64,000 bases of DNA from Candidatus Woesearchaeota archaeon (GTDB taxonomy: Archaea; Nanobdellota; Nanobdellia; Woesearchaeales; SM23-78). The first letter of the stretch is position 1. Each line of letters begins with the position of its first letter. The translations under genes and the position numbers were made by a program. Below the pieces are notes generated by a model. The model was not told where the DNA came from and ran no database searches. It was given only the letters and a program-made list of their open reading frames with translations. The stretch lies in NCBI GenBank assembly GCA_016935175.1, contig JAFGRK010000032.1:1719-65718 (forward strand), read 5' to 3'. Below, piece by piece: positions 38,139-48,148 of the stretch.

Positions 38139-39791
38139 ATGAGCCTTGAAGACAAAATCTCAAGAAAGGAGTTGTGGCTTAATGAATTAAAGAAGCTACA
38201 GTCCTGGCTTGAGGAATTCGCTGAAAATAACAAACCAGAGAATTGGCTCAAAAGGCTGCTTGAAGACTATGACAAAAGAAATAAAGGCAAAAAATTTACT
38301 TCTTCGGATGAGCTAAGTGAACAGCTTCCGCTAAAAAAAAGGATTAGCAAGTCGTATATACGCAAACACTCCAAACAAAACTATGATGCAAACCGAAGCC
38401 ATAGCAGCTTCGATACAGAAAAGGTCGATCGCTCGGTTGGCTACAACCTATTTCAGTTTTTTCAATTAATACGAAACAAGGACCTTACGGAGCACCCTCT
38501 TGGCAGAAGAGTTAAATTTTTGAGAGGTTACAAGCTTGAAGAGGAGCATTACGTCCAGTTGTACTTTAAATTTAAAGAGCATTTTGCTTCTCGCGGGCTT
38601 ACTGAGAAAAAACTGGGTCAGTACCATAAGCATTTCTCTGTGAGAGATATTATTAACTTGTATATGGTTGAAGATTACGAGCCGAAAATAGCCAACCAAT
38701 ACGCAGAAAATTTCAACACAGCAGTTGAAGCTATGCAATTAATAAAAGATAGGTGCCCACTGGACATAGCATTAAAATACAATCCTCGATTTAACGGCAT
38801 TGAAAGGGCTAGGCTTTTTAAGACCGGGTGCTTACCTGAAGAAGCAAATGAATATTATAAGAAATTAAAAGGAGATATCTTATCAGATCTATATCTGCTG
38901 GGAGTGAATAATGAGAATTTTAACATAAAGATGCAGAAAAGGTTTCATAATCTACTGTCGGATTTTATTCCGGGCATATATCGAGATCATTCGTCAGAAA
39001 AATCAAAAGCAAAGTTCATAGCCTCAGGATTCAATGCGATGATAGTTCAAATAGACTACGGCATGGGATCTGATAAGCCTAACGAAGCACTTAAAATTAG
39101 CGAAAAAATCCTGAAAGAGAGGCGTTTGCATGAAAGGCTTCAGTTAGAAATGGGCTATAGGAAAGAAAATTTAAGGAATGTCATAAGATGTCATGGAACA
39201 TACGTACGAAATTGGGATGAGAATGAAGCATTAAGATTAGAGTATATCGAGGGGGAGACACTGGAAAGAATCCTTGTAAAGAAAGGGGCACTAGACGAAA
39301 AAACCACAATACTGCATGTCAAGGATATTCTTCATGGGTTGGAAGAACTGAGAAAAGCAGGAATTTATCACTCAGATATACACGATAAAAATATAATGGT
39401 CGACTATGTTAATAGGCGCACATTGATAATCGACCTAGGAGAGGCAACAACAGAGCCGCATGAAATAAATAAAGGCAACAGGAGATATGGAGGCAATAAC
39501 GACCTTATATCTTTAGGCCAGCTTATCTACAAGATGTACACAGGGCACAATCTCTTCCATGAGAAACCAGGAATAACAAGTGACCTTGACAAGGAAGAGA
39601 TAAGAAGGGAGAGGGAAGAAACATATGCTAGTCCCATAAAGAAGGGGAATATGCTGGCAAAAGTAAGGCAAGATCTCCCAAAAGAACTTGGGAAGATTAC
39701 AGCCACCATGCTAGATGACGACCTTTGGACCCAGCCGGATATTGGCAGAGTCAAGAAGGTTCAACAAATGCTAGAGAAGTATGCCAAATAA
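38139..39791 (+). CDS. Ser/Thr protein kinase-like protein with an N-terminal repeat region
   Basis: ALKIS, LEYIEGETL, YHSDIHDKNIM, IIDLG and DLISLG. Confidence 0.85.
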   Translation: MSLEDKISRKELWLNELKKLQSWLEEFAENNKPENWLKRLLEDYDKRNKGKKFTSSDELSEQLPLKKRISKSYIRKHSKQNYDANRSHSSFDTEKVDRSVGYNLFQFFQLIRNKDLTEHPLGRRVKFLRGYKLEEEHYVQLYFKFKEHFASRGLTEKKLGQYHKHFSVRDIINLYMVEDYEPKIANQYAENFNTAVEAMQLIKDRCPLDIALKYNPRFNGIERARLFKTGCLPEEANEYYKKLKGDILSDLYLLGVNNENFNIKMQKRFHNLLSDFIPGIYRDHSSEKSKAKFIASGFNAMIVQIDYGMGSDKPNEALKISEKILKERRLHERLQLEMGYRKENLRNVIRCHGTYVRNWDENEALRLEYIEGETLERILVKKGALDEKTTILHVKDILHGLEELRKAGIYHSDIHDKNIMVDYVNRRTLIIDLGEATTEPHEINKGNRRYGGNNDLISLGQLIYKMYTGHNLFHEKPGITSDLDKEEIRREREETYASPIKKGNMLAKVRQDLPKELGKITATMLDDDLWTQPDIGRVKKVQQMLEKYAK

Positions 39792-39833
39792 TTATTGGTA
39801 AGCTTAAAATAAGTCCGTTAACTAATGAACTGC

Positions 39834-40748
39834 CTATCCTGATGTCAAGGTAAAGAATGGGCCTGTCATGTCCACAATTTTTCTCACAATCGTGGCAAGG
39901 TAATGAACCACCACAAAATCATCTGGAGTGATCTTGTTCCTTATGTCATACAACACTTCAAAAAGCAGCTTGTCCTTCTTTAGGTTGATGTCTTTTATCT
40001 TGCTCTTGTCCTTGCTGTAAAAGGCATGAAAGAACAATTCAAACAAGTCATTAGTTTCCTTAAAAAAAGCAAGGCACTCCTTGCTGAACTTCTTGGGCTT
40101 TGCCTCTGAGCCAAACCTGTATATGTAATCATACTTATTAGACGCCTTTTCAAGAATCTGGACAAGCATGTACCTGAATATAAGCAAGTCGTCATTTCGG
40201 TGGTACTTATTAAGGATTCGTTTGCAGAAATCAGCGTATCTCGTCACCATAAAACGAGCATAATTAACACTATTATAGTCCTTGAAATCATTGTTCCCGA
40301 CAGCCCCATATGTTTTCTGGCTGTTTTGGAGTATCAACTGAAAAATCTTCCTTACCATGTTATCATACTCAGAATCTAACCCGATAGCGACGTTTTTCAG
40401 CACACAATGCTTGGAATCAACCTCCATCATTTCCAAGCCAAGGAGAGTATCCACTATCTTTTGAATCTCAGGTGTCAGGTCCTCTTTTTCATAAATGACT
40501 TCTATCTCATCATAACCTTTCTTATAGGCATGCGATATTATGGCTCTCATGTAAGAGTGGTTGCCCCGGTCAACCTTAAGAGAGAACTTGCTTAAGGTTA
40601 GGCCTGTCTTACCTTGTAGCTCTAACACAGAGCCATTTTCATTCACCTCAACCTCATCTCCCTTCTTCAGAGCGTACTTCTGCGCCCACTTGCTCGGCAA
40701 GCTTACAGTAAGCGTGTTCTGGCCTACCAGGTTGATTTTTCGCTTCAT
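39834..40748 (-). CDS. AbrB-PhoU fusion regulator
   Basis: RKINLVGQNTLTVSLPSKWA (AbrB), AYKKGYDEI and a helical PhoU-like C-terminus. Confidence 0.88.
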   Translation of the reverse strand: MKRKINLVGQNTLTVSLPSKWAQKYALKKGDEVEVNENGSVLELQGKTGLTLSKFSLKVDRGNHSYMRAIISHAYKKGYDEIEVIYEKEDLTPEIQKIVDTLLGLEMMEVDSKHCVLKNVAIGLDSEYDNMVRKIFQLILQNSQKTYGAVGNNDFKDYNSVNYARFMVTRYADFCKRILNKYHRNDDLLIFRYMLVQILEKASNKYDYIYRFGSEAKPKKFSKECLAFFKETNDLFELFFHAFYSKDKSKIKDINLKKDKLLFEVLYDIRNKITPDDFVVVHYLATIVRKIVDMTGPFFTLTSG

Positions 40749-40916
40749 CTTACCCTGAATATACTTCAGCTAATATAAATACTTTTCGCTTTCATAATTA
40801 CATAATTACTAGTAATAATTATAATTGACAAAAGTATATATATTTTACCGCTAATACTATCCGTAAAGGTTTCAGGCTTTGAAGAAAGCCTTCAAGAAAC
40901 CGGGAGGACATCCAAA

Positions 40917-41369
40917 ATGCTAAAGCCAACTGATTTCAGGATTATTTCAGCTTTAAGGCAGAATGCCAGGGAAAGCCTGACTAACATCAGCAAGAAGGTC
41001 AAGATACCCATTAGCACGCTCTATGAGCGCCTAAAAAGCCATGAGAAGAGCATCATAACCAAGCATACCACCCTGCTGGACTTTGCCAAGCTAGGCTACA
41101 TGTGCAGGGCTAATATCATGCTCAGGACAGCCAGGGAGCACAGGGACAAGCTAGGAAGCTTCCTAAAGGCCCATCCAGCCATAAACAACCTGTACAAGGT
41201 CAACAATGGCTATGATTACCTGGCAGAAGGGGTGTTTTCCCATATAAAGGACATGGAAGACTTCCTGGAAGAGCTGGAAGTGAGCTTTCCCTTGGAAGAG
41301 AAGAAGACCTTTTACCTGGTAGAGGAGCTGAAAAGGGAGGATTTCATGAGCCAGGAGTTAATTATATAA
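40917..41369 (+). CDS. Lrp/AsnC-family regulator
   Basis: LRQNARESLTNISKKVKIPISTLYERLK and LDFAKLGY. Confidence 0.92.
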   Translation: MLKPTDFRIISALRQNARESLTNISKKVKIPISTLYERLKSHEKSIITKHTTLLDFAKLGYMCRANIMLRTAREHRDKLGSFLKAHPAINNLYKVNNGYDYLAEGVFSHIKDMEDFLEELEVSFPLEEKKTFYLVEELKREDFMSQELII

Positions 41370-41445
41370 TTATAAATCGTTATATAAGGTATAAGAAAAA
41401 ATTATATATATTATCCAAACAATACATAACGTAAGAATTCCGAAG

Positions 41446-41505
41446 ATGACACTCAAAATTTCAGATTTGGCGGAGAGAACGCGGAAAATGTTAGCGAGGG
41501 TATAA
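41446..41505 (+). other. Candidate 19-aa leader peptide (uORF)
   Basis: MTLKISDLAERTRKMLARV* lies downstream of an AT-rich TATA-like stretch and upstream of the 41614 operon. Confidence 0.3.
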
Positions 41506-41613
41506 AAGAGACCTGAGCAAAGCAAAAAAGATAGGCGAGAAAAACCAAAAAGAAAATCTCGCCAAGACACCGGCAACGGGAGAGTATTACACAAATAAGA
41601 ATTAGCGAGAGCT

Positions 41614-42588
41614 ATGGAGGAGATGAAAATGGAACAAACAAAAAAGCCAGAATACCTTATAAGTAAGGGAATAGTAGAACTATTACAGAACAGGTACGGG
41701 TTGAATCTTTCTGAGAAAGCTCGCACTAATATAATGGTACTTGAAAATGAATTTGTAGACACTCTAGAGAGGGAGATTTCTGATGTCTACGATTATAAGA
41801 CTATATCTGCTAAAACAATAGAAAACACTGTTGCAGAACAACTAAAGCAAAATAATCTTAATGATCTTCCGTTGATATGCCTTGATGATGTCTACTTCAA
41901 GGGATTCAAAATCGATGGGACCATAAGTGCAACAAGGCTTCTGGAGGACATCAACGATTTCAATAAAAAGGCTATTGGCCCAAGAAAGGGGTTTCCATCT
42001 CTAGAACAGCAACTTGATCTTCTAGAACAAGACTATGCTGGAAAAGAAGTTGCGCTAATTGATGTCGGCGTCTTTGAAGGAGAAACACTTTTAAAAGAGA
42101 TATACGATAAGGAGACAAAAAAGCTCATATCTAAAGAAGGCATAATCCCTGATCTAAAGAAAAGGGGAATACGAGTTAAGGAGCTGTATGTCGGGATAAT
42201 GAATGAGCCAGTTATTGAAAAATTCCAAAGAGAAGGTGTGAAGGTTATTCCGGGAAATAGATATGATTTTAATGACGGAGATTGGCTAGAAGTAAGGGAT
42301 CTTCTTGGCCTAGATGGCAGGAAGATAAATCCTGACAGCCACAATATAATAAATGGAACTCACCTGTTTGCAAGGTATATACATGACCCAAAAACATTGA
42401 AAGACGGCGCTAGCATTGCAGATGGTGTAACCGCAGCCATAGTACTTGACTTATGTAACATGTACCAAAAAAAGATAATGAGAGAGATAAGGAAAGATGG
42501 TTATCAAATAATTGAAGGCTTTATCAATTCAGATCCCAGGCTTTATACATTGGATTTCAAGAAAAATGATAAAGAATTAGCTCAGTAA
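41614..42588 (+). CDS. Phosphoribosyltransferase-like protein
   Basis: VALIDVGVFEGETL resembles a degenerate type I PRPP-binding loop. Confidence 0.5.
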   Translation: MEEMKMEQTKKPEYLISKGIVELLQNRYGLNLSEKARTNIMVLENEFVDTLEREISDVYDYKTISAKTIENTVAEQLKQNNLNDLPLICLDDVYFKGFKIDGTISATRLLEDINDFNKKAIGPRKGFPSLEQQLDLLEQDYAGKEVALIDVGVFEGETLLKEIYDKETKKLISKEGIIPDLKKRGIRVKELYVGIMNEPVIEKFQREGVKVIPGNRYDFNDGDWLEVRDLLGLDGRKINPDSHNIINGTHLFARYIHDPKTLKDGASIADGVTAAIVLDLCNMYQKKIMREIRKDGYQIIEGFINSDPRLYTLDFKKNDKELAQ

Positions 42589-42601
42589 ACGAGATGAAAA
42601 A

Positions 42602-43279
42602 ATGAAAACTATAATAATTTCAACCTTTGCAGAGGATCGTATCATTACAGACTCCGGGATGAAAAAGCGAGACGGTGGACCTGCTCTTTTCATAAAGAAT
42701 TTTTTTGATAAAGCAGGTTTAGAATATGAATTGATTTCAGGGGAAAAAGCTATCGTAGAAATTGACATGCGAAATAAAAAGGAAATCGGAAAGATAAAAC
42801 AAGTGGCCTCAATTCAATATGACCCTGACAAGGTAAAAGATTCAGGATTAGTGCTCGTTTCCACCTTGCTTAAAGAGTTCCCTTTAAAGGCGTACGGGGC
42901 TTTTCCTTGCGTGGATATACAAGGTTATGTCCGTAGCGCTACTGGATTCGGAAAAAAGAAATATTTCGATTCACCAGAGTTAGAGAAATTTGCCATTATC
43001 AAAGGAACTGAGAACGAATTAAGGTATGTGCCCATCAGCAGGATGAAAGGGAAGAATATCGTAATTAAAACAAAGGGAGCGCAAGGGTTTGACGTCATTT
43101 CGGGTGGAAAAGAAAAATATTTCACAGCAAAAAAAGTAAAATCTCCCAATACCATTGGTGCAGGAGATACATTCTTTGCTGCGTTTTGTACTCACTACTA
43201 CAAAACAAGAGATATCGATAGAAGTGCATTATATGCCAAAGAAAAAGTATGTGAATTTTTAATGCAAAAGAGTGATTAA
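42602..43279 (+). CDS. PfkB/ribokinase-family kinase (lid-less, short)
   Basis: GGPA, VDIQG, KTKGAQG and NTIGAGDTFFAAF. Confidence 0.88.
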   Translation: MKTIIISTFAEDRIITDSGMKKRDGGPALFIKNFFDKAGLEYELISGEKAIVEIDMRNKKEIGKIKQVASIQYDPDKVKDSGLVLVSTLLKEFPLKAYGAFPCVDIQGYVRSATGFGKKKYFDSPELEKFAIIKGTENELRYVPISRMKGKNIVIKTKGAQGFDVISGGKEKYFTAKKVKSPNTIGAGDTFFAAFCTHYYKTRDIDRSALYAKEKVCEFLMQKSD

Positions 43280-43928
43280 AATGGAACTTGTAAATGAATA
43301 TACGGATATTTTCGGGAAGCTTTTGAATCAGGTTTCGCTAGTTTCAGAAGAGGAAGCAAAGAAAAAGGTAAGCAACAATAAGAAAAACCTAGAAAAACTT
43401 ATGGGGCTTGACCCTGCTGAAAATTTCAAGATATACTTTGAAATCAAAAATAAAGCCATAGGTGCAATTAAATATCAGGCAAAGCCGATTAAAATAAGAG
43501 AGAAAAGGGACGATGGACTACACCTAGTCAACGTCAATCCCTACTTAGAAATCAGCGACATATCCGTTTTGGAGGAATACAGAGGTGAAAGGCTTTCAAA
43601 GCAGATTTATAACAACATACTTGACTTGTTCAGTGCTAATGAATCTTATAAAATCACCCCCAACTTACTTATCGGAGGAATCGGCCAATTGAAGGATTTT
43701 TATAATAATTTATATAAACTTGGAGAATACTCTAAAGACAGCGAGTTCATTCCAAAAGAGGTATTTAAGGATCAATGGGGAATGATTGAAGGCGTGCGAC
43801 CTGAAACAAAAGGCACAGAGGTATACGCAACGAGACTAGGGCTTAAGGTCGTAGGTTCGAGTAAAACTCACGGTGGGCCAATTTACCTATCCGCAGATTT
43901 AGAATCTACCTTAATGAGGAGAGTATAA
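43272..43928 (+). CDS. GNAT-like protein
   Basis: YLEISDISVLEEYRGERLSKQIY resembles GNAT motif A. Confidence 0.5.
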   Translation: MIKMELVNEYTDIFGKLLNQVSLVSEEEAKKKVSNNKKNLEKLMGLDPAENFKIYFEIKNKAIGAIKYQAKPIKIREKRDDGLHLVNVNPYLEISDISVLEEYRGERLSKQIYNNILDLFSANESYKITPNLLIGGIGQLKDFYNNLYKLGEYSKDSEFIPKEVFKDQWGMIEGVRPETKGTEVYATRLGLKVVGSSKTHGGPIYLSADLESTLMRRV

Positions 43929-44995
43929 TGGAACCAATAGAATTGCTAAAAAGGCTTGTGGACATAAAATCGGATTGCACTGCCTCAAACAGGGAAGTCA
44001 TTGATGTAATCTCAGGGCTCTTTGCTCAATACCGTAGAGAAATAATTCCTCAGGCAAAAAGCAACACCGGAATGTATAATCTGATTATAAAAATAAAAGC
44101 GAAATGCAAAAATAAGAAAAAGTCATTTGTCTTCGTGATGCACACCGATACTGTAAAGGGAAAATGGTTCAGAAAATCAGTGGAAAGTGAAGGAAAAATA
44201 ATAGGACTGGGAAGCTGTGACATGAAAGCAGGAATCGCAGCAGTATGTACTGCAGTCCTGGAGCAAGATTATGAGCGTGACATATATCTAGTGTTCAATT
44301 CAGATGAAGAAACATCCGGATTAGGTGCAAATTTAACCAGTGCAAGGCTAAGTGTAAAAGACGCTATTGTAATTGTTCCAGAGCCCACGTCAGGAAAGAT
44401 CTGCATAGGCCAAAACAGCTGCGTAGGGTACGAAATAGCAACGAAGGGAAGGTCCTTCCATTCCAGTCTCAATAAAGATGCTGCTTTCAATATGAAAAAT
44501 AATGCAATCAGTAAAATGAGCAAGATAATATCATTCCTAAATGTGAACCAGAAGCAAAATAAGAGTATAGATAGCCAAAACATCGGATTTATTGAAGGCG
44601 GAATAACTGCAAACGTCATACCAGATTACTGTAAAATGAAATTCGAGCAAAGGTTCAAGCCTATATCAAACACAAAATTTGAAATCGCAAATTCAATAAA
44701 AGAGCTACAGCGCCTTGGGGCTGTTGATATTAAGCTAAATTTTAATGGTGAAAGCTTTATCAATAACAACAAGAAGTTGATTGATAAATTCCAGAAAATA
44801 GTTACAAAATACTACCCTGCTACAACAGGCTTATTCAAAGCATGGAGCGATGCCGTGATTTTTAGGAAGTCAGGATCGTGCTTTATTTTTGGACCTGGAA
44901 ATTATGAGCAAGCACACCAAAAGGGCGAATACGTTAAAAAAAGCGAGGTTATCATGTTTAAGAAAATATATCAAGAGTTATTAACTAAAATGTGA
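43928..44995 (+). CDS. M20-family metallo-amidohydrolase (ArgE/DapE-like)
   Basis: HTDTV, GLGSCDMKAG, SDEE, PEP and FGPG..QAH...EY. Confidence 0.9.
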   Translation: MEPIELLKRLVDIKSDCTASNREVIDVISGLFAQYRREIIPQAKSNTGMYNLIIKIKAKCKNKKKSFVFVMHTDTVKGKWFRKSVESEGKIIGLGSCDMKAGIAAVCTAVLEQDYERDIYLVFNSDEETSGLGANLTSARLSVKDAIVIVPEPTSGKICIGQNSCVGYEIATKGRSFHSSLNKDAAFNMKNNAISKMSKIISFLNVNQKQNKSIDSQNIGFIEGGITANVIPDYCKMKFEQRFKPISNTKFEIANSIKELQRLGAVDIKLNFNGESFINNNKKLIDKFQKIVTKYYPATTGLFKAWSDAVIFRKSGSCFIFGPGNYEQAHQKGEYVKKSEVIMFKKIYQELLTKM

Positions 44996-44996
44996 G

Positions 44997-45548
44997 GTGA
45001 GGATTATGAAAAGAAAGTTACAAATCGGAGTTATGGGTTCAACATCAGACCTTAATTATTCAGGTAAAGTTGATGCTTTAGCCGGAAAAATTGGGGAGCT
45101 TATTGCTAAATCAGGCAATATAATAGTATACGGAGCTGAAAAAGACTTTGATAGCTTATCAACTTCCGCTGCCAGGGGGGCAAAAAAGTTCAACGGCTTA
45201 ACAGTAGGTGTTACTTACGGAAAAGGTAAAGATATTTACGATAAGAACAACACTGACGTTATCATCTCTTCTGGGCTTGAGCGAGGTGGTGGCAGGGAGT
45301 TTGTATTAGTGAACAGCTGCGATGCCATCATTGCCATCAGTGGCGGATCAGGAACTCTTACCGAAATAGCAATTGCTTATCAGCTTAATGTTCCAATTAT
45401 CTGTTTAAAAGGAGTTGGCGGATGGAGTGACAAACTCGCAGGAAGCTATATTGATGACAGAAAAAGAATGAAGTGTATTATTGCCAAAAATCCAAAAGAA
45501 GCTGTGGCACTAGCTATTGCTTCTGCCAAAGCTAAAACAAAGAGTTGA
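44997..45548 (+). CDS. LOG/SLOG-family protein (TIGR00725-like)
   Basis: IGVMGS, REFVLVNSCDAIIAISGGSGTLTEIAIA. Confidence 0.88.
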   Translation: MRIMKRKLQIGVMGSTSDLNYSGKVDALAGKIGELIAKSGNIIVYGAEKDFDSLSTSAARGAKKFNGLTVGVTYGKGKDIYDKNNTDVIISSGLERGGGREFVLVNSCDAIIAISGGSGTLTEIAIAYQLNVPIICLKGVGGWSDKLAGSYIDDRKRMKCIIAKNPKEAVALAIASAKAKTKS

Positions 45549-45619
45549 AAATCTTTCGGTTTTTCCGAATAAATTACTAAAAAAATAGCGTGAGCTATAT
45601 TAAACGGTCGATATAATAG

Positions 45620-47191
45620 GTGATTAAAATGAATGTAAACAATCAAAAAAACAAGACAACCAAGGAAAAGCATATCGGCATCACAGGTAATGATCTTTCC
45701 TTAGACGACTTCATTCTTGTCGCAAGGCATAAGTACAAGGTTTTCTTAACAAAAGAGGCTAAAAAAAGAATTCTGAAATGCAGAAAAGTCGTTGATAATC
45801 TTGTGGAGGATGAAAAAGTTGTCTATGGTTTAACAACCGGCTTTGGCTCATTAGCCAATATATCGATATCAGCAGATAAAGCCGAAGAGCTCCAGGAAAA
45901 TCTTTTAAGAAGCCATGCTTGCGGTGTTGGAAGACCTTTTAGCGAGGAAATAGTCCGTGGTATCATGCTCTTGAGAGTGAATACTTTTGCCAAAGGGTTC
46001 TCAGGAATAAGATTATCCGCTGTAGAAACTATCATTGAAATGCTTAACAAAGGAATATATCCCTTTGTACCTGAACAAGGCTCTGTTGGTTCAAGCGGAG
46101 ACTTATGCCCGCTATCACACCTTTTCCTTGTAATGATAGGAGAAGGAGAGGTATTTTTAGAAAGAAAAAGAGTCTGTGGGGCAGAAGCCATGAAAAAATT
46201 AGGAATAAAACCTATAAAATTGACTTCAAAAGAAGGCCTAGCTCTTAACAATGGAACGCCAGTAATGACTGCTATCGCAGCAATAGCTGTGTATGACAGC
46301 TTTAATCTTATCCAACACTCAATAATTTCCTCAGCAATCACAATGGAAGCCCTAAAAGCAAATAGCAGCGCTTTAAAGGAAGAAATACATTTAGCAAGAC
46401 CTCATCAAGGCCAAATTAGAACAGCGCAAATATTGAGGAAAATATTGAGAAACAGCCAACTAATAGACTCTAACAAGAAAAAGGTACAGGATGCCTATAG
46501 CATAAGGGCAACGCCAGTAGTTATTGGAGCCAGCCTTGACACATTAAATTATGTGAAGCAAGTAGTGGATACAGAGATGAACTCCGCAACTGACAATCCA
46601 TTGATTTTTGGAGAAAATGCCTATTCAGGAGCAAACTTCCATGGCCAACCCATTGCTCTAGTAATGGATTTCCTAGGCATAGCTATGAGCGAGATAGCTG
46701 ATTTGTCAGAAAGAAGAATATCAAGATTGCTAGATTCATCCCTTAATGAAGGCCTGCCTCCATTTTTGATAAACAAACCAGGATTAAACAGCGGGCTGAT
46801 GATACCTCAATACACAGCAGCATCATTAGTCTCTGAGAACAAGGTGCTGGCTCATCCTGCATCTGTAGACTCAATACCTACTTGCGCAAATCAAGAGGAC
46901 CATGTAAGCATGGGAACCATAGCTGCCAGGAAGGTACTCAAGATAATATTCAATGTTCAAAACGTTATCGCAATTGAGATGCTTACAGCAGCCCAGGCCT
47001 TAGAGATGCGGATTGAATACGAGAAGCTTCTGCCAGGTCCTGTGGTTACAGAGGTTTTAAAAACAATAAGAACATTCGTAGATTACTTAGAGCAAGATCG
47101 AGTGCTTTACAAAGACATTAATAAGCTGAGCAAGGCAATATTAGAAAGAAAATTAATAAAGGAATTAAGTTATAATAGTGAAATAGCTTAA
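45620..47191 (+). CDS. hutH: Histidine ammonia-lyase
   Basis: VYGLTTGFG, LLRSHACGVG, GSVGSSGDL, QDAYSIR, NSATDNP and NQEDHVSM. Confidence 0.9.
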   Translation: MIKMNVNNQKNKTTKEKHIGITGNDLSLDDFILVARHKYKVFLTKEAKKRILKCRKVVDNLVEDEKVVYGLTTGFGSLANISISADKAEELQENLLRSHACGVGRPFSEEIVRGIMLLRVNTFAKGFSGIRLSAVETIIEMLNKGIYPFVPEQGSVGSSGDLCPLSHLFLVMIGEGEVFLERKRVCGAEAMKKLGIKPIKLTSKEGLALNNGTPVMTAIAAIAVYDSFNLIQHSIISSAITMEALKANSSALKEEIHLARPHQGQIRTAQILRKILRNSQLIDSNKKKVQDAYSIRATPVVIGASLDTLNYVKQVVDTEMNSATDNPLIFGENAYSGANFHGQPIALVMDFLGIAMSEIADLSERRISRLLDSSLNEGLPPFLINKPGLNSGLMIPQYTAASLVSENKVLAHPASVDSIPTCANQEDHVSMGTIAARKVLKIIFNVQNVIAIEMLTAAQALEMRIEYEKLLPGPVVTEVLKTIRTFVDYLEQDRVLYKDINKLSKAILERKLIKELSYNSEIA

Positions 47192-47230
47192 GGTTAGAGA
47201 AAAACTAAATGAAAGAAAAAGAGAATCCCA

Positions 47231-48148
47231 ATGACAGGACGAAAAAAGAAATTTGAGGATGTCATCATCGACACTGACCCTGGCCATGATGATGCAATGG
47301 CCTTGATGCTAGCGCTCAAATCCCAGATTTTCAAGGTGCATGCAATAACTACAGTTGCTGGTAACTCAGGAATTGAGAATACCACTCGCAACGTCCGGTT
47401 CATCTTAAAGCTCCTGGAAAGAGAAGACATCCCTGTCTATTCCGGGGCAAAAAAGCCTTTGAAGCGAGAGCTTGTGACTGCAGTTGTGCATGGGAAGAGC
47501 GGGCTTGAAGGAATAGACCCAAAAAACCCTGCAAAGCTTACTAATAATGCTGTCAGCAAGATAATCAGCATTGTGAAGGAGAATCCTGGCAAAATAACCC
47601 TTATCACCTTGGGCCCGCTCACTAACATAGCCAAGGCCATAAAGCAGAACCCTAGAGTGATGAGAAAGCTAAAAGCAATAGTCATGATGGGAGGAGCCAT
47701 TAGAGTGGCTGGAAACATGAGCAGAGTAGCAGAGTTCAACATCTTTGTTGACCCAGAAGCAGCAGACATAGTAATGGGGTTTCCTGTGAAAAAAGCAATT
47801 ATACCATTGGATGCCTGCAATCATGTAGTGATGCAACCTTCAGATTTTGCCAAGATAACCAACCAGTCATTAGCAATTCCAATAAAGAAGATGATAAAAC
47901 CCTACATAGCAAACACTCTCAAAGTAGAAGGGATTAACGGCGCATTGATGTACGACCCATTAACTGTTTATTATCTAATCAATCCAAAGGCTTCCAAAAC
48001 TAAAGAGATGAATGTGGTGGTGAAGACAAAAGGAGAGCTGGCAGGCATGACTGCAGCCAGTAAGAAAGAGCCAGCTAATGTTACTGTTGTTGAAAGAACC
48101 TCAGCCAAGCAATTCAAAGAAGATTTTATTAATATATTGTCATTATGA
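47231..48148 (+). CDS. Nucleoside hydrolase (IU-NH family)
   Basis: DTDPGHDD, LGPLTNIA, AEFNIFVDPEAA and MYDP. Confidence 0.93.
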   Translation: MTGRKKKFEDVIIDTDPGHDDAMALMLALKSQIFKVHAITTVAGNSGIENTTRNVRFILKLLEREDIPVYSGAKKPLKRELVTAVVHGKSGLEGIDPKNPAKLTNNAVSKIISIVKENPGKITLITLGPLTNIAKAIKQNPRVMRKLKAIVMMGGAIRVAGNMSRVAEFNIFVDPEAADIVMGFPVKKAIIPLDACNHVVMQPSDFAKITNQSLAIPIKKMIKPYIANTLKVEGINGALMYDPLTVYYLINPKASKTKEMNVVVKTKGELAGMTAASKKEPANVTVVERTSAKQFKEDFINILSL

